A DNA stretch of 34,653 nt from a virus (lineage: Duplodnaviria > Caudoviricetes): the IMG/VR virus record IMGVR_UViG_3300006428_000005, positions 1 through 34,653 of that record, one strand, 5' to 3'. The notes under the pieces were generated by a model, which was given only the letters and a program-made list of their open reading frames with translations, ran no database searches and was not told the origin of the DNA. Below, piece by piece: positions 19,182 through 27,511 of this stretch. Every line of letters starts with the position of its first letter. Within the stretch, counting starts at the first letter, position 1. Both the position numbers and the translations under genes were made by a program.

Positions 19182-19359
19182 ATGAACCATCCTTTCCGTT
19201 ATTTGCACACTCCAGGCGGAGGCACTTGCCGTTCCGATAAGCCATGCACCGCTTTTTGGCACATTCCTCGAACCATTCATGAGTTGTGGTTACGCAGGTC
19301 ATGGGATTCGTTTCCTTGTGGACCCGTTTCTTGAACGGGCAGAGGTTTTTGCTTTCCAT
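19168..19359 (-). CDS. Small Cys-rich hypothetical protein (63 aa)
   Basis: MESKNLCPFK...C....CMAY...C; SD AAGGAG. Confidence 0.65.
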   Translation of the reverse strand: MESKNLCPFKKRVHKETNPMTCVTTTHEWFEECAKKRCMAYRNGKCLRLECANNGKDGSYDPA

Positions 19360-19364
19360 CGTCT

Positions 19365-19613
19365 TCAACTCTCCTTTTCGGCCAGTGCGGCTTCCTTGCT
19401 GCCGTGCACAAATACACAGATAACAGGTCTTGCATAACTGTCGTACCCGAAGCCATTGGTCGCCCTGATCTCCGGCCAAACTGTTGTAACTTCGCGTTCC
19501 GAGATGGCGCTGTGTTTTTTGTCATTGTAAACCCGGCATAAGAGCTTTCCGTTATAACCACTTTTGACCTCAATCGGACCTTGTACGATCTCTGAAAACT
19601 CTTTTACTGTCAT
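19365..19613 (-). CDS. Hypothetical protein
   Basis: 82 aa; ATGA overlap; SD AAGGAG. Confidence 0.7.
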   Translation of the reverse strand: MTVKEFSEIVQGPIEVKSGYNGKLLCRVYNDKKHSAISEREVTTVWPEIRATNGFGYDSYARPVICVFVHGSKEAALAEKES

Positions 19614-19822
19614 TCCGCCGCTCCTTTCCCGGCCTCCTGCGGCCGTGTGTCCTCAATGCGGTATCTGTCGCCCTGCGGCATAATGTCTGTCAGCGCCGCC
19701 TTATCGTCAGACACCGCAATATCCTTCCAGCGGTAGGTATATACCGGCATTGAGTGATTGCCGAGTATGTTCGGCATGGCCACTGATTCCCGCCGCTGGA
19801 GCCTGTACCGCGCCCCAGTCAT
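19610..19822 (-). CDS. Hypothetical protein (70 aa)
   Basis: Start MTGARY with AGGAGG SD; ATGA overlap. Confidence 0.65.
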   Translation of the reverse strand: MTGARYRLQRRESVAMPNILGNHSMPVYTYRWKDIAVSDDKAALTDIMPQGDRYRIEDTRPQEAGKGAAE

Positions 19823-20193
19823 CGTTCGGCCTCCTGAGGGCCGCGCCATTTCCAATTTTGCCTGACAACTTTGTTGCACTCCCGGCAAATCGGCTTTATG
19901 AGATCGTCATAAGTGAGCGTTTTCGGGGCGTTTATACACGCTTTGCAATAGCCATGTAAATCCTCCAACACCGCCTTCTCCCGCCGCTGGGAGGCGGCGA
20001 GCTGGGCTTGCAGACTCTCAATCGCGTCGGCGGCGGCAAGCATCATCTCGTCAATAGCCATGATGTGGTCGCCTCCCTCGTAGTAGTTCGGACAGTCCCG
20101 GCAGTCCTCACCTTCGCGGTAACACCGTGAGCCGCCTTCGTTGCCCTGCTCCACGTCGCACCGCAGTGCCTTCGCAATCTCGTCAGCGTTCAT
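19819..20193 (-). CDS. Hypothetical CxxC-containing protein (paralog of 21284-21679)
   Basis: Shared NADE, AAD.IE.L, SQRRE, CxxC and WRGPQ motifs. Confidence 0.75.
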   Translation of the reverse strand: MNADEIAKALRCDVEQGNEGGSRCYREGEDCRDCPNYYEGGDHIMAIDEMMLAAADAIESLQAQLAASQRREKAVLEDLHGYCKACINAPKTLTYDDLIKPICRECNKVVRQNWKWRGPQEAER

Positions 20194-20527
20194 GCTTTTC
20201 TCCACCCTTCAGCCTCCGCCCACACATAGGGCAGAATTTTATTTTGCATACTCCGTAGCAGTTTTGCAGCTCGTCGCCCTTTATCCGTGTTTTTCCCACA
20301 TCGGTTTCAAGAGGGATGGAAGTGTTGCCGCTGCAATATTTGCATCCTTCCTTTTCACCGTTGGCTGTCATCAGATCGGATACTTCCCCGGGTAGCAGGC
20401 CTATATCCTCATAAAGTGCAAGCCTTTTAATGGCATCACCACAGACAACTCCGCTCATTGGCTTCAACCACGCATCGCCTGTATATGCCTCGCCAGTCGA
20501 ATAATCTCTGCGGGTATATCTAAACAT
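20183..20527 (-). CDS. Hypothetical protein with CxxC/CPMCG zinc ribbon
   Basis: RLALYEDIGL.P.EV motif and IKFCPMCGRRL. Confidence 0.75.
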   Translation of the reverse strand: MFRYTRRDYSTGEAYTGDAWLKPMSGVVCGDAIKRLALYEDIGLLPGEVSDLMTANGEKEGCKYCSGNTSIPLETDVGKTRIKGDELQNCYGVCKIKFCPMCGRRLKGGEKHER

Positions 20528-20759
20528 TGTCGGCCACCTCTCCGGCGCACCGGCTGCACAGGTCAGGTTCTACCCAGTAGCAGCCTCCGGGGCAGGCATG
20601 ATCCCATGTGCAGCCGCAGATGCGGCATTTTTGGTCTTCAGGGGCAGGGATAACGTGACCGTCGCAGAAAGGATATGGGCAGCTATTGTCAGCCTGCGCC
20701 TCAAGTGGAACGGAAGAATAGGAAAACCGGCCACAGACTGGGCAAACGTACCTGTTCAT
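20520..20759 (-). CDS. Cys-rich zinc-finger protein (79 aa)
   Basis: CPVCG and CRICGCT...AC..GCYWV..DLCSRC. Confidence 0.75.
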   Translation of the reverse strand: MNRYVCPVCGRFSYSSVPLEAQADNSCPYPFCDGHVIPAPEDQKCRICGCTWDHACPGGCYWVEPDLCSRCAGEVADNV

Positions 20760-20941
20760 GAGCAGTCCTCCTTGTCCTTGTCGAGCACGGTGTAGGTATT
20801 CCCGCTGCGGGTTATCCGAACCACCTCTATGCCGAGCTCATGTGTGGCATAGTATTCATCTCCGGACATAAGCCGGGCCACTCTCGCCACCGCTGAATAG
20901 TCCGCAAAGGTTGAAAGATTTTTGACTGTTATGGTATTCAT
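20756..20941 (-). CDS. Hypothetical protein (61 aa)
   Basis: MNTITVKNLS; SD GGAGG. Confidence 0.65.
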   Translation of the reverse strand: MNTITVKNLSTFADYSAVARVARLMSGDEYYATHELGIEVVRITRSGNTYTVLDKDKEDCS

Positions 20942-20942
20942 T

Positions 20943-21287
20943 TCATCCCTCCCCGGCCTGTACCTCTCGGTACATATACCGCTCGTCAAATTGGTCGTCA
21001 GGTATCTCGCAGACCATCATATCCTCGCCGTACTCACAATCCTCGTTTCCGCAATCCTCGCAGTCAACGCCGAACTTCTTGCAGTCGCCGCCGTCCGCAG
21101 GATATGCCATTGGGCAGGAGTGAGCGAAGCAGCACCCAACTCCTTCATGTTCCTCTTCCTGCTCCGGGTGGTTGCAGTTGTACCCGTTGTTCACATCCGG
21201 CTTATCCTCAAAGCCGGGCGTTAGGCAGCAGTTGAAAAAGTGCCCGCACATATTCGCCCATGTGTTGAGCCGCATAATGACTGTCAT
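20943..21287 (-). CDS. Acidic Cys-rich hypothetical protein
   Basis: 114 aa with 12 Cys, Asp/Glu-rich; SD GAGGA. Confidence 0.7.
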   Translation of the reverse strand: MTVIMRLNTWANMCGHFFNCCLTPGFEDKPDVNNGYNCNHPEQEEEHEGVGCCFAHSCPMAYPADGGDCKKFGVDCEDCGNEDCEYGEDMMVCEIPDDQFDERYMYREVQAGEG

Positions 21288-21679
21288 TTTGCTTCATCCT
21301 CCTCTGCTCCCTGCGGGCCACGCCATTCAAATTGGCAATTGCCCATCGTACATTTCCCGCAGTGCGGACCATCGAAAGTCTCTTCCGGTCCAAATTTGCA
21401 CACAACGCATGTGCCAATTCCGGTTAACTCCGAAGCTGCCTCTTTCAGATCCGCCACCGCCGCCTGCTCCCGGCGCTGTGAAAGAGTAAGCTTTTCAACC
21501 AGGCAGCGTTTGATTTTGCAATTTGCAAGTTCGATCTCGGTAAGGTGTTCGATCAGGTCGGCGGCCGTGCGCATTGTTTCCCGCTGCAGATGATCAACGC
21601 CCATTTGTTCATAGGCGTCTGCGATTTCTCGCAGCTGTCGCGCAGTTTTTTCATCTGCATTCAGATCAGGGTTTTCCAT
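21284..21679 (-). CDS. Hypothetical CxxC-containing protein (paralog of 19819-20193)
   Basis: Start MENPD with AAGGAG SD; shared motifs. Confidence 0.75.
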   Translation of the reverse strand: MENPDLNADEKTARQLREIADAYEQMGVDHLQRETMRTAADLIEHLTEIELANCKIKRCLVEKLTLSQRREQAAVADLKEAASELTGIGTCVVCKFGPEETFDGPHCGKCTMGNCQFEWRGPQGAEEDEAK

Positions 21680-22043
21680 TATCCTTACTCCTTTCATCAG
21701 GCGGCCGGCGGTACGCAAGCCAGCCCAGTGCATGAAGCCCGTGCTTCCCAGCAGGATCATCGTGCTTCATTCCATAGAAATCCGGGTCGCGGTCGCAAAG
21801 GTAATCTTCCGCATCGGCAGACAGTTCCCAATGGCCCCAGTCCGGGCATTCCACGATCCACACCGGATGGCCGCCCATCCCCCACAGCTCGTCCAGCGTC
21901 AGCGGCTTCGGGTTCTCCCGTTCCGCCTGCTCGCGAAGGGCGGATAGTGCAAGCCTGAATGCGCTGTGCGCCATATGATTCCCATCGAAGAAACGGTCAG
22001 AAATCATTTTTTCAAGATATTGTGTTGCTTCCTTATTCGTCAT
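21666..22043 (-). CDS. Hypothetical phage protein
   Basis: MTNKEA...PKPLTLDEL..M.G.PVW...WLAYRRPP; SD GGAGG. Confidence 0.75.
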   Translation of the reverse strand: MTNKEATQYLEKMISDRFFDGNHMAHSAFRLALSALREQAERENPKPLTLDELWGMGGHPVWIVECPDWGHWELSADAEDYLCDRDPDFYGMKHDDPAGKHGLHALGWLAYRRPPDERSKDNGKP

Positions 22044-22056
22044 ATTGTGCCTCCCC

Positions 22057-22641
22057 TCATTTCTTCTTCCTATGTCCACGCCCTATGGTCTCATAGGAGT
22101 TTGATCTGGGGTTGTACTGAACAGGTACGGGGCTTCCGCAGTTTAAGCAAGGGATATCAAAGAGATCCTCCGTGATGTTTGTCATGTACTTGAAGCGTCG
22201 GCCGCATTCGCAGTTCACGAAGAGGGGCGTAAGGTCTGCCGGAAGCTCGCACGAGGCACCGCAGGAATTGCAATAGTATCGGCCGATCTCGTTCTTTGCG
22301 TTAAACCCCCGAGCTTCCCCGCACTTTGGGCACTTGATATACAGAAATCCCTTATACAACGCTGGCTCGTGATAGCTACTCAGCACTGGAGCGGGCCGAA
22401 GTGGGACCGGCTTCTCCACAATAGGCAACGCTTGCTCTATGGGTTCGGGTTCGGGTTCTGCCTCAAGCTCAGGCTCAGGCTCGTCTTCAACAGGAATATC
22501 CGGCGCATCTTCCTCAACGCTGCCTGGGGCAGTCTTCGCAGAAATAACATTGCCCACCAGCTCACGAAAACGCTCTGCGCATTCCTCATCCGGAAGATCA
22601 ATGGTGAAGGATTGAATTTTGGTTGATATAGTAAGCTTCAC
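22057..22641 (-). CDS. Multi-zinc-ribbon hypothetical protein
   Basis: GFLYIKCPKCG, CNSCG, CECG, CLNCGSPV. Confidence 0.8.
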   Translation of the reverse strand: MKLTISTKIQSFTIDLPDEECAERFRELVGNVISAKTAPGSVEEDAPDIPVEDEPEPELEAEPEPEPIEQALPIVEKPVPLRPAPVLSSYHEPALYKGFLYIKCPKCGEARGFNAKNEIGRYYCNSCGASCELPADLTPLFVNCECGRRFKYMTNITEDLFDIPCLNCGSPVPVQYNPRSNSYETIGRGHRKKK

Positions 22642-22644
22642 TGC

Positions 22645-23037
22645 CTATTCCTCCTTTCCGCACATTCCGTGCTTGCTCTTAAAGCGGCTAAATATGTCCT
22701 CGCAAACTCTGGCGTCAGTTACCCCGCCCGGGCACTTATCTGCGTTGGGGCAGATATCAATGCGCTGCGTACCATACAGGCAGCCCTTCTCAATGCGGTA
22801 TCCGTCATCCAGCTTTGAAACGATGCAGCGCCGGCCCTTTGGAGGCTGGGACAGTATCGTGACAATCAACCGATAGGAGCTGTATGTTTTGACGGTCCGA
22901 AGGGTTCTCCAAATGGCTGCTATGAATTGTGACGGCTGAGGCTTGTAGTTTTCCAGCGCGTCGCCTATCTCTTGCAGAGTGGGAAGATCCGCATCGGCCG
23001 TGTCGTATATGGCAAAGGGGAGCGGCTGCTTATTCAT
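22645..23037 (-). CDS. Hypothetical protein
   Basis: 130 aa; SD GGAGG. Confidence 0.65.
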   Translation of the reverse strand: MNKQPLPFAIYDTADADLPTLQEIGDALENYKPQPSQFIAAIWRTLRTVKTYSSYRLIVTILSQPPKGRRCIVSKLDDGYRIEKGCLYGTQRIDICPNADKCPGGVTDARVCEDIFSRFKSKHGMCGKEE

Positions 23038-23203
23038 CCTGTCCGCCTCCCTTTTTGGAGGAGACCTCGTAGGTATTCAGGTATGACCGTTTCTTGCAGA
23101 ACTCGCATTTCTCGTCAACCGAGCTGTCCGAGGTCTTTTTTACGTTGAACCCCTCAGCCATGCGTTCGGCGCAGCTGTAGCAAAGATGCATAATCTGTTT
23201 CAT
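23030..23203 (-). CDS. Small zinc-ribbon protein (57 aa; not in the ORF track)
   Basis: MKQIMHLCYSCAERMAEGF...KCEFCKKRSY...GGGQDE*; fills the gap and overlaps both neighbours. Confidence 0.7.
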   Translation of the reverse strand: MKQIMHLCYSCAERMAEGFNVKKTSDSSVDEKCEFCKKRSYLNTYEVSSKKGGGQDE

Positions 23204-23376
23204 GACTCGGCACCGCCTGCCCGTTCGGTTTGAGGGGCATTCTTCATCTCGGATGCGAGAGCCTTTACCCCAGCCTCGTAGCCGCGCCGGTACACCCGAG
23301 CCAGATAGGCCGTGAGCTGCTCTTTGTCCATGTGCTTGACGGCCTTATAGTCCTCACGCTTCATCTGTCCCTGCAT
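23200..23376 (-). CDS. Small hypothetical phage protein
   Basis: REDYKAVKHMDKEQLTAYL..VY..GYEAG; SD GGAGGTG. Confidence 0.7.
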   Translation of the reverse strand: MQGQMKREDYKAVKHMDKEQLTAYLARVYRRGYEAGVKALASEMKNAPQTERAGGAES

Positions 23377-23590
23377 CCAACTCACCTCCTTCCTCGACCC
23401 GCTCGACCATTTCATCCAGCGGCGACGCCTCACCCAGCTCAAGGAGAAGCACAGGGAAATCGGCACCGGACATGAGCTGGTAGGCTTTAGGTTTGTACGC
23501 CTGCCTGTTTTCCAGATCCAGAATCAAAGCGGCCACGCCTTCCTCCGGAGCGAACCCGGACAGGTATTCAATCAATTCTTTGCACGTCAT
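23354..23590 (-). CDS. Hypothetical protein
   Basis: MTCKELIEYLSGF N-terminus typical of small phage proteins; SD GGAG. Confidence 0.7.
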   Translation of the reverse strand: MTCKELIEYLSGFAPEEGVAALILDLENRQAYKPKAYQLMSGADFPVLLLELGEASPLDEMVERVEEGGELDAGTDEA

Positions 23591-24912
23591 CAGAAATACT
23601 CCCTCCATGTGTCTACCACCGTTTTTGCAAGGTCTTCCTTCTTGGCCAGCGATTTCATGAGCATCTCATCAATGGTCCCCTCTACCATGAGGTGAATGTA
23701 GGTGCAAGGGTGATGCTGGCCGATTCTGTGAATCCGGGACAGGCTCTGACTATAGGTGGCGTAATTGAAGTTCACGCTGTAGTAAACGCAGGTGTCGGCT
23801 GCCGTCAGGGTGATACCGGTACCAGCTGTGTCGATCTGGCCGACAAAGACCATTGTTTTCGGGTCCTCCTGGAATTGCTTGATGATATCGCCCCTCAGCT
23901 CTTTTTTGACGTCGCCGTAAATACCAACGGTTTTCATTCCGGCTTTGCCGAGCGTTTTCTCTGCGAGGCGTATGATTTCATGTACCTCCGGAATGAACCG
24001 GGCGAAGATCACAAGCTTCTTTTTCCCTTCGAGGACATAATCGTTAAGGATATCTTCCAGCGCATCCAGTTTCCCGGTGCTGACCAGCTGCGGACGGTCC
24101 GCTTCGTCTCCCACGAGAAACCCGCCCGTGAGTTGCTGGAGCCTGAGAAGCTTTGTCAGAACAGTTGTCGCTGTGATTCTGTCGCCGCCGTCCAGATCCG
24201 CGAAGCTGTCACGCTTGAGGCGGTCATAGAGCTGTTTCTCTTTGGGGTTGAACTGTATGTAGCGGTTTTCAAAGGTCTGTTCCGGAAGGTCAAGGGCCTC
24301 GTTCTTGGTCACGCGGTATGCAATGCTGTGTTCCTTCTTGATAAGGCCGTCCAGATCCCGGTACCCGATTACCTGCTTGCGGTTGAACCCGCCCATGACG
24401 GCATAGCGGCCTCTGAAGGCGTAGAAGTTCTGACCAAAGATCGTACTGTCAAGGAATCTGTACTGGCTGAATATGTCGATTGCTTCGTTCTGTACCGGGG
24501 TACCGGAAAGGATCATCTTGTATCTGGCCTGGTCGCCGAGCTTGTGCATTGCCTTGCTCTGCGAAGCGTCGTGTGTTTTAATGCGCTGGCTCTCGTCGGC
24601 GATGATAAGGTCTGCGTCAAACTCCTGCAGGCGTTCAAAGATGCCGTCTCTCCACGTGGATTCGTAGTTGATCACCGCCACCTTCATGGCTTTGAAGGGA
24701 AATCGGTCAAGATCGTCCAGCGCCTTGATTCGTTTGTTCTTTTCGCCCAGCAGTGTGGTGATGGTGTACTTGAAATCTGCGTATTCCTGAAATTCCTTGG
24801 GCCAGACGGCGCAGACCGAAGTCGGCGCTACAATCAGCACCTTGTTGATCTTGCCCATCTGGTACCCGGCACCTGCTACAGCTATGGCTGTGAGCGTTTT
24901 TCCACAGCCCAT
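23590..24912 (-). CDS. SNF2-family helicase core, beginning abruptly within Walker A
   Basis: MGCGKT, DESQ, LSGTP, GTGITLT, SRIHRIGQ motifs; no SD before the ATG. Confidence 0.9.
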   Translation of the reverse strand: MGCGKTLTAIAVAGAGYQMGKINKVLIVAPTSVCAVWPKEFQEYADFKYTITTLLGEKNKRIKALDDLDRFPFKAMKVAVINYESTWRDGIFERLQEFDADLIIADESQRIKTHDASQSKAMHKLGDQARYKMILSGTPVQNEAIDIFSQYRFLDSTIFGQNFYAFRGRYAVMGGFNRKQVIGYRDLDGLIKKEHSIAYRVTKNEALDLPEQTFENRYIQFNPKEKQLYDRLKRDSFADLDGGDRITATTVLTKLLRLQQLTGGFLVGDEADRPQLVSTGKLDALEDILNDYVLEGKKKLVIFARFIPEVHEIIRLAEKTLGKAGMKTVGIYGDVKKELRGDIIKQFQEDPKTMVFVGQIDTAGTGITLTAADTCVYYSVNFNYATYSQSLSRIHRIGQHHPCTYIHLMVEGTIDEMLMKSLAKKEDLAKTVVDTWREYF

Positions 24913-24914
24913 AA

Positions 24915-24971
24915 CTATTCAAACAGAAATCCGAATCCTTTTCCGTTTCTGGTCGCTTCGTTTCCTGTCAT
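24915..24971 (-). CDS. 18-aa mini-ORF encoding the helicase segment that precedes Walker A
   Basis: MTGNEATRNGKGFGFLFE* with AAGGAAAGGGG upstream; ends GAA-TAG-TT-ATG before MGCGKT. Confidence 0.6.
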   Translation of the reverse strand: MTGNEATRNGKGFGFLFE

Positions 24972-25014
24972 TTTTAAACCACGCCCCTTTCCTTGGCTAA
25001 CTGCCAGTGTGATT

Positions 25015-25683
25015 TCATGCTTTATCCTCTTGGCTATCTGGCATGCTCTGAATGAAGTCAGTCACCCACGAGGCGGCATTCTTTGTTGCATCCTGATAGC
25101 CGAGCCGGTACCAATCATGAGCGAAATTCTGCTCATCCAGTGCCGCCATCATCGACTCCATATCTTCCAAGGTTTCCTGAAGAATTTTGGCAACGCCGTA
25201 CCATTCGTTTATTTCTCCGGTTGCAACTTTCTTGGCAAGCCTTTCTGCCAATTCGATTTCTGGACGGATCGCTTCATCCATGAGCTGCCGGATTTTATCC
25301 CTGCTGCGGCTCATGCAGCACGAACCCCGGATGTTCCTCCACATTGGGCTTCCCATGAACACGGAACGGTCATCCCAGTATTCATCAGCTCCGACCTTGC
25401 GGCAGTCGTTATGGTAAAGGTCAATTCTGAATTTTGGGTTTTCGTTGATGGCGTCAAACTCCAGGCCCCAGTTACGGCAAGCCTCCACTGCGGCCTCCAG
25501 TTCTTCCCCCGCTCTGCATGTCCAGAGAATGATGCAGGCTCCGGCGTTTCTCAGGCGGATGGCCTCATTGATAACTTCCTCATTTGGTTTCCCTATTTCC
25601 GGATAATCGTCCTGGCAAAGGCATCCGTCGAAGTCCATTGCAATTACGTGGGTGCGCCAGTTAAATTGTCTTTGGTCATTCAT
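25015..25683 (-). CDS. HAD-family phosphatase with C-terminal extension
   Basis: IAMDFDGCL, ILWTCR, RKVGADEYWDDR motifs; start MNDQ with GGAGG SD. Confidence 0.85.
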   Translation of the reverse strand: MNDQRQFNWRTHVIAMDFDGCLCQDDYPEIGKPNEEVINEAIRLRNAGACIILWTCRAGEELEAAVEACRNWGLEFDAINENPKFRIDLYHNDCRKVGADEYWDDRSVFMGSPMWRNIRGSCCMSRSRDKIRQLMDEAIRPEIELAERLAKKVATGEINEWYGVAKILQETLEDMESMMAALDEQNFAHDWYRLGYQDATKNAASWVTDFIQSMPDSQEDKA

Positions 25684-25853
25684 CGCTTCATCCTCCTGCT
25701 TATTTCCTGCTGAGTAGCCAGCTCCGTCTTCAAGCCTTCCAGCCAAATCCGGGCAACGTATTTGATGCGGTCTGCTACCCTGAGGATGGTGTTGCAAACT
25801 ATGGCGGTGACGATGACTGCCGTCCAGTTCATATCTGCAAAAATTCGAATCAT
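25680..25853 (-). CDS. Small putative membrane protein (57 aa)
   Basis: SD GGAGG; hydrophobic stretch WTAVIVTAIVCNTIL. Confidence 0.6.
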   Translation of the reverse strand: MIRIFADMNWTAVIVTAIVCNTILRVADRIKYVARIWLEGLKTELATQQEISRRMKR

Positions 25854-25855
25854 GT

Positions 25856-26239
25856 TCACCATCCTCCGATCTTTTTTCCGCACCAATGACAATAGCTGTG
25901 TCTCGGTGCAATCCTGTGGTTACAGGCCGGGCAATGCCAAACTCCGTCGGTGTAGACAGGACGGGCGGCTGATTCGTACTTCTGGCGTAGAGCTTTGAGC
26001 TCTTCGGCCTGTTTTCGGTAATCGTGCAGGATGTCCTTGACTTCCTCTACGCTGCCGCAGCCTTCATCCTGCAGGGCGCTGAAAATGCTGATTGCCGTCT
26101 CCAATGCGGCTACATCATCCTGCCATATGGAATCGGAGTCCGGAGCCGCTGCAAATTCGGCGCTGCTGTCTTTGAGACTGCTCAGCTGATAAAGAATGAA
26201 GTCCATCCCAGCGCCGGGGTTGCTTTGCTTTTTACTCAT
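25856..26239 (-). CDS. Hypothetical protein with C-terminal zinc ribbon
   Basis: WHCPAC...YCHWCG. Confidence 0.75.
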   Translation of the reverse strand: MSKKQSNPGAGMDFILYQLSSLKDSSAEFAAAPDSDSIWQDDVAALETAISIFSALQDEGCGSVEEVKDILHDYRKQAEELKALRQKYESAARPVYTDGVWHCPACNHRIAPRHSYCHWCGKKIGGW

Positions 26240-26603
26240 TGCGGATCACCGCCTGTTCGGGAGCTTCCCATCCGAAGGTGAGGAGGCACATATTAGCGGC
26301 CCTCACCTGGTGCTGGTAGAGGGGAAGCTTGACCGGATATTTTGCGAACGGGACGGGATCGGCGTTCATGCGTTCTCTGTCCACCGCATCGGCAATGGTG
26401 TGGAGTGTTGTCCGACGCGCCTCGACCGCAGGAGGCAGCTTTACGATGCTGGACAGCTTGTCCAGCAATTCAAGGTCAGCGACGCCGGTCAGAGTCTGGG
26501 TAGATCTGCTCCATCTCATCTTGTTCCACGACTTAATGATGGTGAACTGCACATTGTCCGCTTCGCGGATCATAAGGGTGTCACCCTTGAGCGCGATCTT
26601 CAC
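26232..26603 (-). CDS. Detached N-terminal part of the SNF2 helicase (Q-motif-containing)
   Basis: Ends PVKLPLYQHQVRAANMCLLTFG, matching the SF2 L.p.HQ..A Q-motif helix. Confidence 0.75.
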   Translation of the reverse strand: MKIALKGDTLMIREADNVQFTIIKSWNKMRWSRSTQTLTGVADLELLDKLSSIVKLPPAVEARRTTLHTIADAVDRERMNADPVPFAKYPVKLPLYQHQVRAANMCLLTFGWEAPEQAVIRNE

Positions 26604-27340
26604 TTTGCCGCCTCCATTTCTGTGAGGTAGGCATGGTAAAGATCCAGAGCCGCGACACTATATTCCGTCTGGGCGGCGCCGCAATCCTTGGAGCCCTTTA
26701 GCCCCATGTTGTAGGCCATGTATAGAGCGTGGCTCTCGTAGGGGCTTTCACCTAAATCAAGGTGGTTTGTCAACCATGCTATGTAATCAATGGCTACCGT
26801 TACATTCTGCGCAGGATCTGTAAGGTCCGTAATTCCGAGCCTGTCAATCCTGTCCTGCTGCCATGCGGTATTGATCTGCATGAGGCCGATGCTCCGGCCT
26901 CCGTCACCGACGGCTTCCGTATCGAATTTAGTCTCCTGGTCTGCGATAGCCATGACGCAGCAGAACAAGTGATCGTCTTCTCCGCATACCTCGTAGATCT
27001 GCCGCTGGGTGTCGATGTCAAGGTCCGCAGCTCCGGATAGGAGCGCAGGGAGCTCCGGAGCGATAGGCTCCGTTGGCTGTGCCGCCTGAGTGGTGATGCA
27101 CTTTACCAATGGTGCAGCGGTTTCTGCGGTCGGGGTGAAGGTCGCTTTATTTGACTCCGCTTCCGTATTCGTTGTAAAGCCGCCGAAGATTATACCGGAA
27201 CAAAGCGCCAGCGCCGCGATGACTATTGCGCCCTTGGCTCTGCGTGCCTTTCCCCGAGACTTCCGCAGTCTCCGCATTTGAGCGGTCGCCGGAGCCGGGG
27301 AGCTGGTGCTTTCGGCCTTTGCCGATGTATGTATTTTCAT
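26600..27340 (-). CDS. Membrane-anchored lytic transglycosylase (SLT domain)
   Basis: Basic stretch plus TM helix; AIADQET (catalytic Glu), GLMQIN, AYNMG. Confidence 0.88.
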   Translation of the reverse strand: MKIHTSAKAESTSSPAPATAQMRRLRKSRGKARRAKGAIVIAALALCSGIIFGGFTTNTEAESNKATFTPTAETAAPLVKCITTQAAQPTEPIAPELPALLSGAADLDIDTQRQIYEVCGEDDHLFCCVMAIADQETKFDTEAVGDGGRSIGLMQINTAWQQDRIDRLGITDLTDPAQNVTVAIDYIAWLTNHLDLGESPYESHALYMAYNMGLKGSKDCGAAQTEYSVAALDLYHAYLTEMEAAK

Positions 27341-27358
27341 AACGTCATCCTCTCTTCA

Positions 27359-27511
27359 TCATTTCTCAACCACAAGCCTTTCGCCGGTGGCCTTGCGGAC
27401 CAAGATCAGGGTGTTCTCCAATTCCCGTGCGAGGGCATAGGCTTTGGGATCATAGCCCATCTGGCTGAGAAGGATTTTCTGATTTCTGGTCAGCTTACGC
27501 GGATTCTTCAT
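27359..27511 (-). CDS. Small hypothetical phage protein (50 aa; not in the ORF track)
   Basis: MKNPRKLTRNQKILLSQMGYDPK...; SD GGAGG; ATGA overlap. Confidence 0.7.
   Translation of the reverse strand: MKNPRKLTRNQKILLSQMGYDPKAYALARELENTLILVRKATGERLVVEK

Noticed and set aside
22440-22485. Short tandem repeats
   Set aside because: Simply encode an EPEPE linker
24913-24917. TAG reassignment or simple readthrough as an explanation for the helicase break
   Set aside because: Readthrough stays out of frame with MGCGKT, and TAG is used as a normal stop elsewhere (for example 22645)
23692-25713. 673-aa plus-strand ORF
   Set aside because: Antisense shadow of the helicase and HAD genes; no motifs or SD; expected from codon bias
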